Below, one piece after another: positions 49,966-60,717 of a stretch of DNA of 64,000 nucleotides. Source of the DNA: an uncultured Oscillospiraceae bacterium (GTDB lineage Bacteria > Bacillota > Clostridia > Christensenellales > CAG-314). Every line of letters begins with the position of its first letter. Within the stretch, counting starts at the first letter, position 1. The notes under the pieces are model-generated. The model was not told where the DNA came from and searched no databases. It saw only the letters and a program-made list of their open reading frames with translations. Made by a program: the position numbers and the translations under genes. The DNA lies in assembly GCA_964598315.1 (NCBI GenBank), contig CAZRBI010000005.1, forward strand, positions 1,052 through 65,051, written 5' to 3'.

Positions 49966-50841
49966 ATGTCATCTTTTCAAGGGAAAAAGATAAATCCCAA
50001 ACATTTTCACGTAAGTCAACTGAAATTCTACGTGTTTCTGTTGCCTCTTGCCGTGTTTTTCGTTTTGCCGTTAATCTACATTTTCACAACGGCATTCAAA
50101 CCGGCAGAAGAGTTGTTCAAATTTCCTCCGTCGTTTTTCGTCAAAAATCCTACATTCGAAAACTACAAGGCTTTGTTCGAATTGATGGCAGGTTCAACGG
50201 CCGTTCCCGCCTCAAGATATCTTTTCAACTCTATTATGGTGACAATTCTCACCGTGTTGGTAAGCATAGCCTTGTCTATAACGGCAGGATACGTTTTGAG
50301 CAAAAAGGATTTCAAGGGGCGCAAGTTGTTGTTTGAAATAAACACCCTTGCACTCATGTTCGTTCCCATTGCAGTCACCATTCCGCGTTTCATCATCATT
50401 GTGAAGTTGGGGTTGGTGGACAGATTTATCTCCAACATTTTGCCGATAGTAAGCATGCCTGTCGGGTTGTTTTTGATCAAACAGTTTATCGACCAAACGC
50501 CCGATGCATTGATAGAGGCGGCTCGTATGGACGGCGCAACAGAATTGCAAATAGTTTTCCGTGTCATCGTTCCGATGGTAAGCCCGGCAATCGCCACGGT
50601 TGCAATATTGGCATTCCAGTCGGCGTGGGGCAACGTTGAAGCTTCCATCTACTATATCAACAACGAAAGTCTCAAAACTTTCGCCTACTACATCAGCACG
50701 TTCACCTCGTCTAACACGGCGACAAGCACACAGGGGGTTGCGGCGGCCAGCGCATTGATAATGTTTTTGCCCAACCTTATCATTTTCATAATAATGCAAA
50801 GCAAAGTTATGGATACCATGGCACATTCGGGAATTAAATAA
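49966..50841 (+). CDS. Carbohydrate ABC permease (MalG-like)
   Basis: PTFENY, LIEAARMDGA, PAIAT; ATG at 49966 after GAGGT. Confidence 0.93.
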   Translation: MSSFQGKKINPKHFHVSQLKFYVFLLPLAVFFVLPLIYIFTTAFKPAEELFKFPPSFFVKNPTFENYKALFELMAGSTAVPASRYLFNSIMVTILTVLVSIALSITAGYVLSKKDFKGRKLLFEINTLALMFVPIAVTIPRFIIIVKLGLVDRFISNILPIVSMPVGLFLIKQFIDQTPDALIEAARMDGATELQIVFRVIVPMVSPAIATVAILAFQSAWGNVEASIYYINNESLKTFAYYISTFTSSNTATSTQGVAAASALIMFLPNLIIFIIMQSKVMDTMAHSGIK

Positions 50842-52865
50842 TGAAAAAGACAATCCGACTACTGCTTATAAGCATAATATTGATTGCTACGGTGTTTTCG
50901 CCGACATTGGCGTATGCCGCAGCACCCTACGAAACGGAAACAATGGGTCCGGAATCGGAGTTGGTTCCCACACAGACGGCCTATGAACCGATCGGGAAAA
51001 TCGTCATGTCCGATACTGTTTTCGGCACGTTGTACAATCCCGAAGACATGACAATTTCCGGCGACGAAATCTTTATTGCCGATTCCGGCAACAAACGTAT
51101 CGTCAAAACCAACCTGAAAGGCGAAGCACTTGCCGAAATAGGCAAAGGCTTGTTGCAAAATCCCACGGGTGTTGCCGTGGACGACTACTTGTATGTTTGC
51201 GACAAGGGCGCAAAACTTGTTTTTGTGTTTGACAAGAACTCCGGCGAGTTGTTGAAAACAATCGAAAAGCCTTCCAATCCGTTGGTTGGCGACACGCCGT
51301 ATGTTCCCACCAAAATTGCCACCGACGGGCGCAGCAACTTGTACTTGGTGTCGGAAGGTTGCGTCAGCGGTTTGATGCAGATAAACACAGCCGGCGAATT
51401 TTTGGGATACGTCGGCTCGAACGAAACGCAAGCGTCGTTGATTTCCAAAATCAAGGAATTGCTTTTTTCCGAAGAACAAAAAAGTTTGTTCCTTGCCTCG
51501 CCGCGTAGCCCCACAAACGTCACAATCAACAACCGCGGGTTGCTGTACACGGTGACTGACGGTGCAGTTTCGGCATCTGTCAAAAAGTTGAACACGTTGG
51601 GCAACACAATCATGTCGCCCGGCATCAACTATTCAAACACCGTCGCGGTAGACGTGGATGCATCGGAAAACATTTTCACCGTTCAAAAAGACGGCAGTGT
51701 TGCCGTTTTCGACAGCTACGGCGATTTGTTGTTCCGTTTCGGCTCCTCATCCGGCGACGAACGTCTTGGCGTTTTGTCCTCACCGGTTGCAATCAACGTT
51801 TTGGATGGTGGCGACTTGTTGGTGTTGGACAAAAACTACTCCATGATTGTCAGATATTCTCGCACACAGTTTGCCAACCTTGTTTTCTCCGCCGTGGAGT
51901 ACTACAAAGACGGTTTGTATTTGGAAGGAGAAAGCAGTTGGAAAGAAGTGTTGCGTTTGAACAGTCGTTTCATCGTGTCCTACAAAGCGTTGGCAAAGGC
52001 CAACATGAAAAAGGGCAACTACGAATTGGCATTGGAACAGTTCCGCCTTGCAGAAGACAAAACAGGCTACTCCGAGGCATATTGGCAAATTCGCAACGAT
52101 TGGTTGCAGGACAATTTGATTTGGGTGATTTGCTTGGCGCTGTGCGTTGTTGCGGTGGTGTTGGCGTTGAAGTTCGCCGATAAAAAAGCACCGCAGATGT
52201 TGGCTCCGTTGCATGAAAAGGCAAGCGTCGTAAAACAAACTTCGGCGTACAGATATTTCGCACACGTATTTCGTTTTTGCTCCAAACCAAACGATGCCGT
52301 GTTCGAAGTTAAGTATCACGACGGCGCAAGCGTTTGGTCGGCTGCAGTGCTTTACGTTTGGTTTGCCGCACTTCAAATACTCAGCGTGTTGGTCACCGGC
52401 TATTTGTACAATTCGTCCACCGTCTACAACAGCAACGGTTGGCAAATCGTACTCACAACAATCGGTTGTTTCTTGTTGTTGGTTGTGTGCAACTACTTTG
52501 TCAGCACGGTTACCGACGGCGAAGGAAAGTTCAAACAGTGTATCATCACATTCATCTACGCGTTGTCGCCGTATTTGGTGATGGCGTTGCCCGTGTTTAT
52601 CATCAGCAACTGGCTCACCTACAACGAAAACATCGTCTATACGGTGTGTTGCATAGTGATGTACGGTTGGAGTGCGATTTCTTTGTTCCGTTCGATAATG
52701 GAATTGCACGATTACACTTTCTGGCAGACGGTCAAAAACATTTTGTTGACGGTGTTTGCATTTGCAATGGTAATTTTGTTCTTTATCGTGTTGCGCATGC
52801 TGTTAACACAATTCTTTGGATATTTTATCGAAGCAGGGGAGGAGTTTTTCAACAATGTCGTTTAA
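50841..52865 (+). CDS. NHL beta-propeller + TPR + Yip1 membrane domain protein
   Basis: Signal peptide; FIADSGNKRI, LQNPTGVAV, LSSPVAI repeats; TPR-like helices; about 6 C-terminal TMs with DGEGKFK..YAL.P. Confidence 0.8.
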   Translation: MKKTIRLLLISIILIATVFSPTLAYAAAPYETETMGPESELVPTQTAYEPIGKIVMSDTVFGTLYNPEDMTISGDEIFIADSGNKRIVKTNLKGEALAEIGKGLLQNPTGVAVDDYLYVCDKGAKLVFVFDKNSGELLKTIEKPSNPLVGDTPYVPTKIATDGRSNLYLVSEGCVSGLMQINTAGEFLGYVGSNETQASLISKIKELLFSEEQKSLFLASPRSPTNVTINNRGLLYTVTDGAVSASVKKLNTLGNTIMSPGINYSNTVAVDVDASENIFTVQKDGSVAVFDSYGDLLFRFGSSSGDERLGVLSSPVAINVLDGGDLLVLDKNYSMIVRYSRTQFANLVFSAVEYYKDGLYLEGESSWKEVLRLNSRFIVSYKALAKANMKKGNYELALEQFRLAEDKTGYSEAYWQIRNDWLQDNLIWVICLALCVVAVVLALKFADKKAPQMLAPLHEKASVVKQTSAYRYFAHVFRFCSKPNDAVFEVKYHDGASVWSAAVLYVWFAALQILSVLVTGYLYNSSTVYNSNGWQIVLTTIGCFLLLVVCNYFVSTVTDGEGKFKQCIITFIYALSPYLVMALPVFIISNWLTYNENIVYTVCCIVMYGWSAISLFRSIMELHDYTFWQTVKNILLTVFAFAMVILFFIVLRMLLTQFFGYFIEAGEEFFNNVV

Positions 52866-54984
52866 AAAGAAGATTATTGCATTGCTTGTCGCCTGTGTGT
52901 TGGTGCTGTCTGTCGGCGGTTTGGCGGTGTATGCCGAAGTTTCGGAAGAGATCGACAGTGACGGGGACAGCGGAACGCACACCGTCACAAACGATGGTGT
53001 TGTCTTGTCCGTGGATAAGTCGACATTGAATTTTTCGGCAACGGCCAACGGCAGAACGTGGTATTCCGGCAAACGCGCATCGGAAGACGACGGCCTGAAC
53101 AACCAATGGGCGGGCAAGCTCACCGATGCCGTAACAGTGGGCTATCGCACGGCAAAAAACAACAACTTAACCGAACGTCCGATGTCTTTGCTCAATGCAA
53201 CCGTCAAGTTCACGGAAAAGAGCAACGGGTTCGATGCAAAAATCAAATGCAAAAAAATCAGCCTGACATTCACGCTGAAATTGCGTTTCGATGCCGACGG
53301 TATCACGGTGAGTATTCCTTATTCGTCTATAGCAGAAGGTTCGGATACCTATCGTTTGCAGTACTTGATGCTCTATCCGTTTTTTGATTCCAGCTTTGGA
53401 AAAGTGGATGGAAAAATACTTATTCCGGATGGCGTCGGAGCCACTGTCGACCTTTCGGTGTCCACAGGTGCAAAGCAAGCCTATTCGGCCAGAATCTACG
53501 GCGACGACTACGGCATATCTGCAGGCAGCGTTCGCTCAACGTCTCCGCAAACGGCTTCGTTGCCGTTGGTTGCCACAATGTATCCGGACGGAGGCACGTT
53601 GACAACAGTCAAAAGCGGTGCGGAATATGCAACGGTAAACGCATCCGTAAGCGGAATAACCACAAACTACAATTTGGCGTATTTCACCTACGTTTATCGC
53701 GAAACTTATGTAAAGTACTATCAAAGTGCCGGTTCTGCCGGTAAAAGCTACGTCACCTTGCAAGAAAAAGCAAACGAATTCGACGTGGAACAACGCATGA
53801 CTTTTTTGAAGGGCGATGCCGATGTTGTCGACGTGGCAAATGCCTACGAAGAACAATTTCCTATTTCTTCCGATATATCCTCATCCTCCGATGCCGGGTT
53901 GCGTCTTCGCTTTTTGATGTCGGAATCCAAACAAGGAATGTTCGGCAATGAAACTTTGAACATGACAACAACGGATTTCGTGTCGCAAGTGATGGACGAA
54001 ACAACGTCTTTCACCGACAACCTGTCCGTATCCCTCTACGGCTACTCGAAGGGAGGATATTCTCAAACAGGTTCCGACTTTTTCCCGTTGGACGGCAAAT
54101 CCGGAGGTAAGTCGGGCTACTCGAAATTGTTCCAAAAGGCAAAGGATAGTGGCATTTCTCTGACCATGCAAGCAGATTTTTCCAAGGTCAAAACGGATTT
54201 GGAAAAATCACGCTACGAATTGGCGCTCAACCTGTCCGAGCAATACGTGGAAGTGGGCGACAATCGTGTCGGTTCGGACATAACCTATCGTTTGTTGTCG
54301 GCAGCCTACACGCAAAAGTATTGGAACAACAATTTGGATAACTTCAAAAAATATTGCAACGGTCTGGATGTTGACAGTGTTGGCTACATGCTGTTTTCGC
54401 ACACAGTCGACGATGTTCGCGTAAGTCGCACGCAAAGCATGGATATCTATCGCGAGCTGGTTTCTGAATGGAACACCAACGTGTATCGCCCGAGTGCTTA
54501 TTTGTGGAATGTTTGCGGAGCGTACTTGGACATGCCTCTGGATAACAGCGGCTACATCATGGAAACGGAAGCTGTTCCTCTTTTGCCCATTTTGTTATCT
54601 GGCAAAAAGGAGATGTATTCGGTGCCGCTCAACCTCAACTATTCCGGTGACCGCACCGTGCTAAAACTTATCGACTACAATGTGTATCCGTGCTTCTTGC
54701 TTACGGAACAAGATTCCGTTCAATTGCACGGCACGGACAGTGTGGATGTGTTTACGTCGGAGTACGACGACTGGAAAGAAGAAATCAAATCTATCTACGA
54801 ACAAGTAAACGGCGTTCTTTGTTATGTTCGCGGTTCGCAAATCGGTGCAAGATATCAAACGGAAGATTATGCTGTCACAACCTATCAAAATGGTGTAAAA
54901 GTAGTGGTCAACTATTCCGACTACGCCGTTGTTGTGGACGGTGTCACGGTGGAGGCTTGCTCGGCGCAAGTTATTGCAAAATGA
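52855..54984 (+). CDS. Secreted DUF5696-like protein
   Basis: Signal peptide; ILIPDGVGA, IYGDD, GYSKGG, VPLLP.L.G, TTYQNG.KVVVNY; typical position after the Yip1 gene. Confidence 0.7.
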   Translation: MSFKKKIIALLVACVLVLSVGGLAVYAEVSEEIDSDGDSGTHTVTNDGVVLSVDKSTLNFSATANGRTWYSGKRASEDDGLNNQWAGKLTDAVTVGYRTAKNNNLTERPMSLLNATVKFTEKSNGFDAKIKCKKISLTFTLKLRFDADGITVSIPYSSIAEGSDTYRLQYLMLYPFFDSSFGKVDGKILIPDGVGATVDLSVSTGAKQAYSARIYGDDYGISAGSVRSTSPQTASLPLVATMYPDGGTLTTVKSGAEYATVNASVSGITTNYNLAYFTYVYRETYVKYYQSAGSAGKSYVTLQEKANEFDVEQRMTFLKGDADVVDVANAYEEQFPISSDISSSSDAGLRLRFLMSESKQGMFGNETLNMTTTDFVSQVMDETTSFTDNLSVSLYGYSKGGYSQTGSDFFPLDGKSGGKSGYSKLFQKAKDSGISLTMQADFSKVKTDLEKSRYELALNLSEQYVEVGDNRVGSDITYRLLSAAYTQKYWNNNLDNFKKYCNGLDVDSVGYMLFSHTVDDVRVSRTQSMDIYRELVSEWNTNVYRPSAYLWNVCGAYLDMPLDNSGYIMETEAVPLLPILLSGKKEMYSVPLNLNYSGDRTVLKLIDYNVYPCFLLTEQDSVQLHGTDSVDVFTSEYDDWKEEIKSIYEQVNGVLCYVRGSQIGARYQTEDYAVTTYQNGVKVVVNYSDYAVVVDGVTVEACSAQVIAK

Positions 54985-55901
54985 TGAAATTCAATCTGAA
55001 AAATCTTAAACCAACAAAAACCAGAATCAAAAGACGCCATAGTTTTTCTGTTTCGGAACTGAGAAACGGGTTGCTGTTCTGTTTGCCGTGGATAATAGGC
55101 TTTTGCGTTTTCACGGCTTTCCCGATAATTCAAACGTTGGTGTTCAGTTTCAGCAACGTTTCAATCGGACAAGGACACATCGAAACAAAGCCTGTCGGTT
55201 GGGAAAACTACGCATATGCGTTGTTCACGGACACGGCATTCACCGATGCATTGAGTGACTATGTCGTAAAAACGGCACTCTACGTTCCCGTGATAGTGGT
55301 TGTCTCGCTTGTGTTGGCAATGTTGTTGAACAGCAAATTGAAAGGTACCGGCTTTTTCCGTACGATATTCTTTCTTCCCGTCATCATAACCAGCGGCCCG
55401 GTAATGGAAATTTTCATCAATCAAGGTGTGGCTTCTTTCCCCGGGATAGACAAACTTATCAACTTCACGGAATTGCAAGGCACGGTGCCGCAATTTCTGT
55501 TGGACGCATTGAGCTTCCTAACCTCGGAATTTATCATGATTTTGTGGTTCAGCGGAATACAAATTCTTGTGTTCATGACCGGTTTGCAAAAACTAGACAA
55601 AAGCATGTACGAAGCAGCCAGTATCGACGGCGCAAGCAAATGGGAAAAGTTTTGGAAAATCACTTTGCCGGCGTTGAACCCCACAATAGTGATCAACGTC
55701 GTGTTCACTGTTGTTATGCAGTCGGTGTTCTCGTTGAATCCCGTCATCACCAAAATACAAGCCGATATGAACGCCACCGGTGAAGGTGCGGGCTACGGCT
55801 ATGCGTCCGCAATGGCATGGGTGTACTTCTTGGTGATGGTGGCAGTGTTGATTGTTGCGGTGTTGCTGTTCAGAAAGGGCAACAAGAAGGTGAAAATATG
55901 A
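54981..55901 (+). CDS. Carbohydrate ABC permease (MalF-like, second)
   Basis: PWIIGF, FFRTIFFLP, MYEAASIDGA, YGYASAMAW. Confidence 0.93.
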   Translation: MMKFNLKNLKPTKTRIKRRHSFSVSELRNGLLFCLPWIIGFCVFTAFPIIQTLVFSFSNVSIGQGHIETKPVGWENYAYALFTDTAFTDALSDYVVKTALYVPVIVVVSLVLAMLLNSKLKGTGFFRTIFFLPVIITSGPVMEIFINQGVASFPGIDKLINFTELQGTVPQFLLDALSFLTSEFIMILWFSGIQILVFMTGLQKLDKSMYEAASIDGASKWEKFWKITLPALNPTIVINVVFTVVMQSVFSLNPVITKIQADMNATGEGAGYGYASAMAWVYFLVMVAVLIVAVLLFRKGNKKVKI

Positions 55902-56866
55902 GAAAGAGCTCGGAAGTAAAAACAAAGAAAAAGTTGGATCTGAAAAATCTCGATTCCGCAGCAGTGAAAAGTTTCTTCTTGGGCGGAGGCGACAAAAAAG
56001 GTTTCGTACAGTCTTTTTTCAGCTATGCATTGCTCATTTTGTTCGGTTTTGTCTACGTGTACCCGATGTTGTACATGATCGGCTACTCGCTGATGAGCCC
56101 GGAAGACGTTGTCAGCCCGATGGTCAACTATTTGCCCACGTCTTGGTATTTTGAAAACTACGTGGAAGCGGCAAAAGTGTTGGAATTCTTTTCCACGCTG
56201 TTCGAAACGCTGATTGTTGCTGTTTTGCCGTCGTTGTTTCAAACGTTGTCTTGCTGTTTGGCTGCCTACGGACTTGCTCGGTTCAAGTTCCCCGGCAAAA
56301 AACTGTTGTTCGGGTTGATAATTCTCACGTTTATCGTGCCTTCGCAACTCACAATGATGCCGCAACTGCTGATCTATTCCAATTTGAAGATAACCGATTC
56401 AATTTTGTCGTTTATCGTTCCCGCAGCATTGGGGCAAGGCATAAAATCCGCAGTGTTCATTTTGATTTTCTATCAATTTTTCCGCGGAATTCCCGATTCT
56501 GTCGTGGAAGCGGCAAAAATTGACGGCGCAAACGCATTGCAAGTGTTTTTCAAAATAGGAATTCCCGCTGCGGTGCCCGCAATATTGCTGTCCTTCTTGC
56601 TTTCGGTTGTGTGGTATTACAACGAAACGGTTCTCTCCTCCATCTACTTTGGCGGAACACTCACAACGTTGCCTTTGGAATTGGCAAAATTCCAAGCCAC
56701 CTACGAGCAATTGTTCGGAACGGTTGCAACAACGGGAAAATCCATCAACGAAGCTATCTATATGGCAGGAACGGTACTCACTATTTTGCCATTGTTGGTA
56801 ATCTACTTCTTCACTCAAAGATTCTTTATCGACGGTATCGATAAGGCCGGTATCACCGGGGAATAA
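55898..56866 (+). CDS. Carbohydrate ABC permease (MalG-like, second)
   Basis: AYGLARFKFPGK, VVEAAKIDGA, QRFFIDGI. Confidence 0.93.
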   Translation: MRKSSEVKTKKKLDLKNLDSAAVKSFFLGGGDKKGFVQSFFSYALLILFGFVYVYPMLYMIGYSLMSPEDVVSPMVNYLPTSWYFENYVEAAKVLEFFSTLFETLIVAVLPSLFQTLSCCLAAYGLARFKFPGKKLLFGLIILTFIVPSQLTMMPQLLIYSNLKITDSILSFIVPAALGQGIKSAVFILIFYQFFRGIPDSVVEAAKIDGANALQVFFKIGIPAAVPAILLSFLLSVVWYYNETVLSSIYFGGTLTTLPLELAKFQATYEQLFGTVATTGKSINEAIYMAGTVLTILPLLVIYFFTQRFFIDGIDKAGITGE

Positions 56867-56883
56867 AATCACAAGGAAACATC

Positions 56884-58254
56884 ATGAAAAAAAGAATTAC
56901 TGTTGTTATTGTCACTGTGTTGTTGCTTGTTTGTTTTGCGGTTGCAGGTTGCGTTCCGAACGTTCCGTGGGACGACTCCTTGCCGCAGATAGACAATCAG
57001 GCATCGTTGCTCAGAAAATATCAGGACAATATCGATCAAGAAATGAAAGGTTGCTTCGATTTTTTGTGGAACGAAGCGCAAACGGACAAAAATTCGTCCT
57101 ACTACGGTTTGATACAAGACCGCATGAGCGACAAAGACACGGCCTCTATCGCATCTGTCGGTTTCGGCCTCAGCGCACTGATTGTCGGTGCGGAAGAAGG
57201 CTACGTTACCAAAGAAGAAGCGGAAGAACGTGCTTTGGGAACGTTGGAAACGATTTTGCGTCTGCAAGACGACGACACTGTGTCGTGGAACGGATTTTTG
57301 TCTCACTTCATCAACAAAAACACCGGTAAACGTGTTTCCGGCAGTGAAATTTCCTCCATCGACACAGCCATTTTAGTGTGCGGTGCATTGTCTGTCGGAG
57401 AATATTTCGAGGGCGAAGTGCAACAAAAAGCACTGGAAGTGTATTCCAACGTCAATTGGCAGTCTTTTGAACTGAAAAAGGGCACAAAAAAGTATTTTTC
57501 CATGTCCTACGATATGAGCAAGAAAAAGTTGTCTTCCGGTTGCTGGGATTGGTACGCGGAACAGTTGATGCTCTACGTTTTGGCGGCAGGATCTCCCATT
57601 GAAGAATATCGCACGACGGACGAGTCGTACTACGATTTCACAAGAAGAACGGGCAGTTGGGAAGGCGAAGACTTCATTTATTCCTACTTTGGCAGCATTT
57701 TCACCTACCAATTCTCTCACGCATGGATCAATTTCTACAACATCGAGGATAAGAACGGCACAAATTGGTGGCAAAATTCCGTCGATGCATCGTTGGCGGC
57801 ATATCAGTTCTGTGCAGATAGTTCCGAAACAAGCAAAACTTTTGCCGAGGGCGGTTGGGGCCTCACCGCTTGCGACACGCACCTTGGTTACAGCGGAAAA
57901 CTGGGCGCACAACCAAGAGGTTGGACGTCCGACGAAGAATACAAAAAGATTCAAGGAACGGTGTCTCCGTGCGGAGCAATCGGTTCGGTTGTTTTCACTC
58001 CGAAACAAAGTTTAACGGCATTGTCGCTGTATCAAAGCAAGTATCGCTTGCTCAACGGCAAGTACGGACTGACCGATTCCTACAACTTGGATGTAAACGA
58101 TTTTCAAACAGACTACATCGGCATCGATAAAGGCATATCTCTGTTGATGTTGTCCAACTTCAAAAACGGCCTTGTTTGGCAGTACACAATGGAAAGTTCG
58201 TACGTTAAAAACGGCCTGGAGGTTTTGGGTTTTAGGACGGTAAGTAACGCATGA
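56884..58254 (+). CDS. GH144-like (glucoamylase-like, PF10091-type) beta-1,2-glucanase, lipoprotein
   Basis: Lipobox VAGC; GLIQDR, SIASVGFG, GFLSHF, EISSIDTA, WYAEQL, YQFSH, WGLTA, YIGIDKG. Confidence 0.8.
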   Translation: MKKRITVVIVTVLLLVCFAVAGCVPNVPWDDSLPQIDNQASLLRKYQDNIDQEMKGCFDFLWNEAQTDKNSSYYGLIQDRMSDKDTASIASVGFGLSALIVGAEEGYVTKEEAEERALGTLETILRLQDDDTVSWNGFLSHFINKNTGKRVSGSEISSIDTAILVCGALSVGEYFEGEVQQKALEVYSNVNWQSFELKKGTKKYFSMSYDMSKKKLSSGCWDWYAEQLMLYVLAAGSPIEEYRTTDESYYDFTRRTGSWEGEDFIYSYFGSIFTYQFSHAWINFYNIEDKNGTNWWQNSVDASLAAYQFCADSSETSKTFAEGGWGLTACDTHLGYSGKLGAQPRGWTSDEEYKKIQGTVSPCGAIGSVVFTPKQSLTALSLYQSKYRLLNGKYGLTDSYNLDVNDFQTDYIGIDKGISLLMLSNFKNGLVWQYTMESSYVKNGLEVLGFRTVSNA

Positions 58255-59426
58255 GTTTTCAAAAAGAATTTGACGGCTGTTTTGCCTATTTCTACGACAA
58301 TTTCAGCCGAGAAAAGTCTGCCTACGGATTGATGCCGGACAGATGTCCCGATGTCAGGGGAATTTGCTCCGTCGCGGCCAACGGCTTTATGCTTGCGGCA
58401 ATGGCGGTGGGGGTGGATTTTGGAAAAATATCCGCATCCGAAGGTAGACTGATTTGTGAAAAAACTTTGGACACGCTGTTGCAATTGGAATCGGACAACG
58501 GATTTTTGTACCACTTCTACAAAATTCCTCAAGCCACTCGGGCCTACAATTGCGAGCTTTCCGTTATTGACACGGCACTTGCCGTGGCCGGTGCGCTGAC
58601 GGCGGGAAGCTATTTCGGCGGTGAGGTGATGGAAAAAGCTCAAAGGCTGTACCGGCGCATAGATTGGCAGTATTTCTACGACGACGATCGCAAAATGTTC
58701 CGAATGGCTCGCTACGACAGCGGATTCGTTTGTCACTGGGATATGTATGCCGAACAATTATTGTTGTATTGGCTGGCAGCCGGAAGCGGTTGGCCCAAAG
58801 CGAAAGAAGCCTACTACACTTTCCGTCGCGAACTTGCCGACTACCACGGCGAGCAATATGTGTACACTTGGTTCGGAAGCTTGTTCGTGCATCAATTTTC
58901 CCATGCGTTTATCGATTTTCGCGACAAACGCGACGAAAACGGCACCGATTGGTTCAACAATTCCGTTTTGGCAAGCTTGGCAAACTACGACTACTGCGTG
59001 GCAGACACGAAGCACAAAGGTTATTCGGCCGTCAGTTGGGGCTTGACATCCTGTTCCACGCGAGATGGTTACACCGGGCACATCGGTGTTCCTCCAAGCG
59101 GCAACGGCAACACGGAACATATCACCGAAGGGACGGTAGCTCCGGCAGGTGCAATCGGTTCGATAGTGTTCACCCCGAAGCAAAGCTTGGCGGCACTGGA
59201 TCACTACTACACGTTGCCCAAACTTATCGGAAACTACGGTTTGTTTGATTCTTATAATGCCGACGACGATTGGTATTGCGATCACTATATCAGTATCGAC
59301 AAAGGAATATCGTTGCTGATGATGGCCAACTATCAAAAACAAACCGTGTGGAGAAACTTCAACAAAATCACAGAAATTCAACAAGCGTTCAAACGTCTTG
59401 GTTTTATATCGACAAAAGGAGACTAA
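58251..59426 (+). CDS. GH144-like beta-1,2-glucanase, cytoplasmic paralogue
   Basis: No signal peptide; [43 protein letters not shown]. Confidence 0.8.
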   Translation: MSFQKEFDGCFAYFYDNFSREKSAYGLMPDRCPDVRGICSVAANGFMLAAMAVGVDFGKISASEGRLICEKTLDTLLQLESDNGFLYHFYKIPQATRAYNCELSVIDTALAVAGALTAGSYFGGEVMEKAQRLYRRIDWQYFYDDDRKMFRMARYDSGFVCHWDMYAEQLLLYWLAAGSGWPKAKEAYYTFRRELADYHGEQYVYTWFGSLFVHQFSHAFIDFRDKRDENGTDWFNNSVLASLANYDYCVADTKHKGYSAVSWGLTSCSTRDGYTGHIGVPPSGNGNTEHITEGTVAPAGAIGSIVFTPKQSLAALDHYYTLPKLIGNYGLFDSYNADDDWYCDHYISIDKGISLLMMANYQKQTVWRNFNKITEIQQAFKRLGFISTKGD

Positions 59427-59428
59427 CA

Positions 59429-60556
59429 ATGGCAAACATTTCCCTCAAAAACATCAAAAAAGTCTACCCCGGAAACGTCACGGCGGTAGCAGACTTCAAC
59501 CTGGAAATTCACGATAAAGAATTCGTCGTATTCGTCGGTCCGTCCGGTTGCGGAAAATCCACAACTTTGCGTATGATCGCAGGATTGGAAGATATCAGCG
59601 ACGGCGATTTGTATATCGACGACAAGCGCGTCAACAACGTGGAACCCAAGGATCGCGACATAGCGATGGTGTTCCAAAACTATGCGTTGTACCCCTATAT
59701 GACTGTTTTTGAAAACATGTCGTTCGGATTGCGTCTCAGAAAAATTCCCAAACGCGAAATCGAGCAAAAAGTGAAAGCTGCCGCAAAAATATTGGGCATC
59801 GAAGAATATCTCAACCGCAAACCCAAAAACTTGTCCGGCGGACAACGTCAACGTGTTGCGTTGGGCCGTGCCATCGTTCGCGAACCCAAGGTGTTCTTGT
59901 TGGACGAACCTCTGTCGAACTTGGATGCCAAGATGCGCACGCAAATGAGGACGGAAATTATCAAGCTCCATAACGAATTGCAAGCAACCTTTGTCTACGT
60001 AACGCACGACCAAACGGAAGCAATGACGATGGGTACCAGAATCGTAGTTATGAAGGACGGCTACATTCAACAAGTGGACACGCCCGAAAACTTGTACGAC
60101 TATCCCGAAAACAAGTTTGTTGCCGGCTTCATCGGAACGCCGCAAATGAACTTCGTGGACGTTATTTTGTCTCAAGAAAAAGGCAATGTCTACGCCATTT
60201 TCGGCAAAAACAAAATTCTCATCGACAAGGAAACTGCCGACAGAATCACCGTTGAAGAAATCAATCAACGTCAATTCATTTTGGGCATTCGTGCCGAAGA
60301 CGTGCATCTTGTCGTCGACGAAGAAACTGCCGACGGCGAACACGTTGCAAAAGCAACCGTCAAGGTGACGGAAAAACTCGGCAACGAAACGCTTGTTTAT
60401 TGCGCAATGAGCGGTGTGGACGGCGATTTCATTCTTCGTTGCGGTGCAAGAGAGTACGTTCGCAACGACGACGAAATTCGCGTAGCATTCGACACCAAGC
60501 ATATTCAGTTGTTCGAATACGACACCGAAGTCGGAAAAACAATTTTGAAACGCTAA
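59429..60556 (+). CDS. Sugar ABC transporter ATPase (MsmK/MalK/UgpC family)
   Basis: [38 protein letters not shown] tail. Confidence 0.96.
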   Translation: MANISLKNIKKVYPGNVTAVADFNLEIHDKEFVVFVGPSGCGKSTTLRMIAGLEDISDGDLYIDDKRVNNVEPKDRDIAMVFQNYALYPYMTVFENMSFGLRLRKIPKREIEQKVKAAAKILGIEEYLNRKPKNLSGGQRQRVALGRAIVREPKVFLLDEPLSNLDAKMRTQMRTEIIKLHNELQATFVYVTHDQTEAMTMGTRIVVMKDGYIQQVDTPENLYDYPENKFVAGFIGTPQMNFVDVILSQEKGNVYAIFGKNKILIDKETADRITVEEINQRQFILGIRAEDVHLVVDEETADGEHVAKATVKVTEKLGNETLVYCAMSGVDGDFILRCGAREYVRNDDEIRVAFDTKHIQLFEYDTEVGKTILKR

Positions 60557-60614
60557 TTTCAACAATTTCACCAATGTTAAGTAAATTCACATTTTAAAAA
60601 GCTCAAAATGGGTA

Positions 60615-60642
60615 TTGACAAGGCATTTTTCGGTGTTATGAT
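60615..60642 (+). promoter_or_regulatory. SigA promoter of the repeat lipoprotein gene
   Basis: TTGACA-N16-TATGAT with extended TG. Confidence 0.6.
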
Positions 60643-60717
60643 TAACTTAATAGATAATATTTCAGTAATTCAGTGCTGAATTTATTGAAAAAATATAATA
60701 TCACAGGGAGGAACCAC

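Noticed and set aside
56884-59426. Glucoamylase (starch) function or a split cyclic beta-1,2-glucan synthase
   Set aside because: The glucoamylase label of this family is historical, and no GT84 glycosyltransferase is present, so catabolism is more likely than synthesis.
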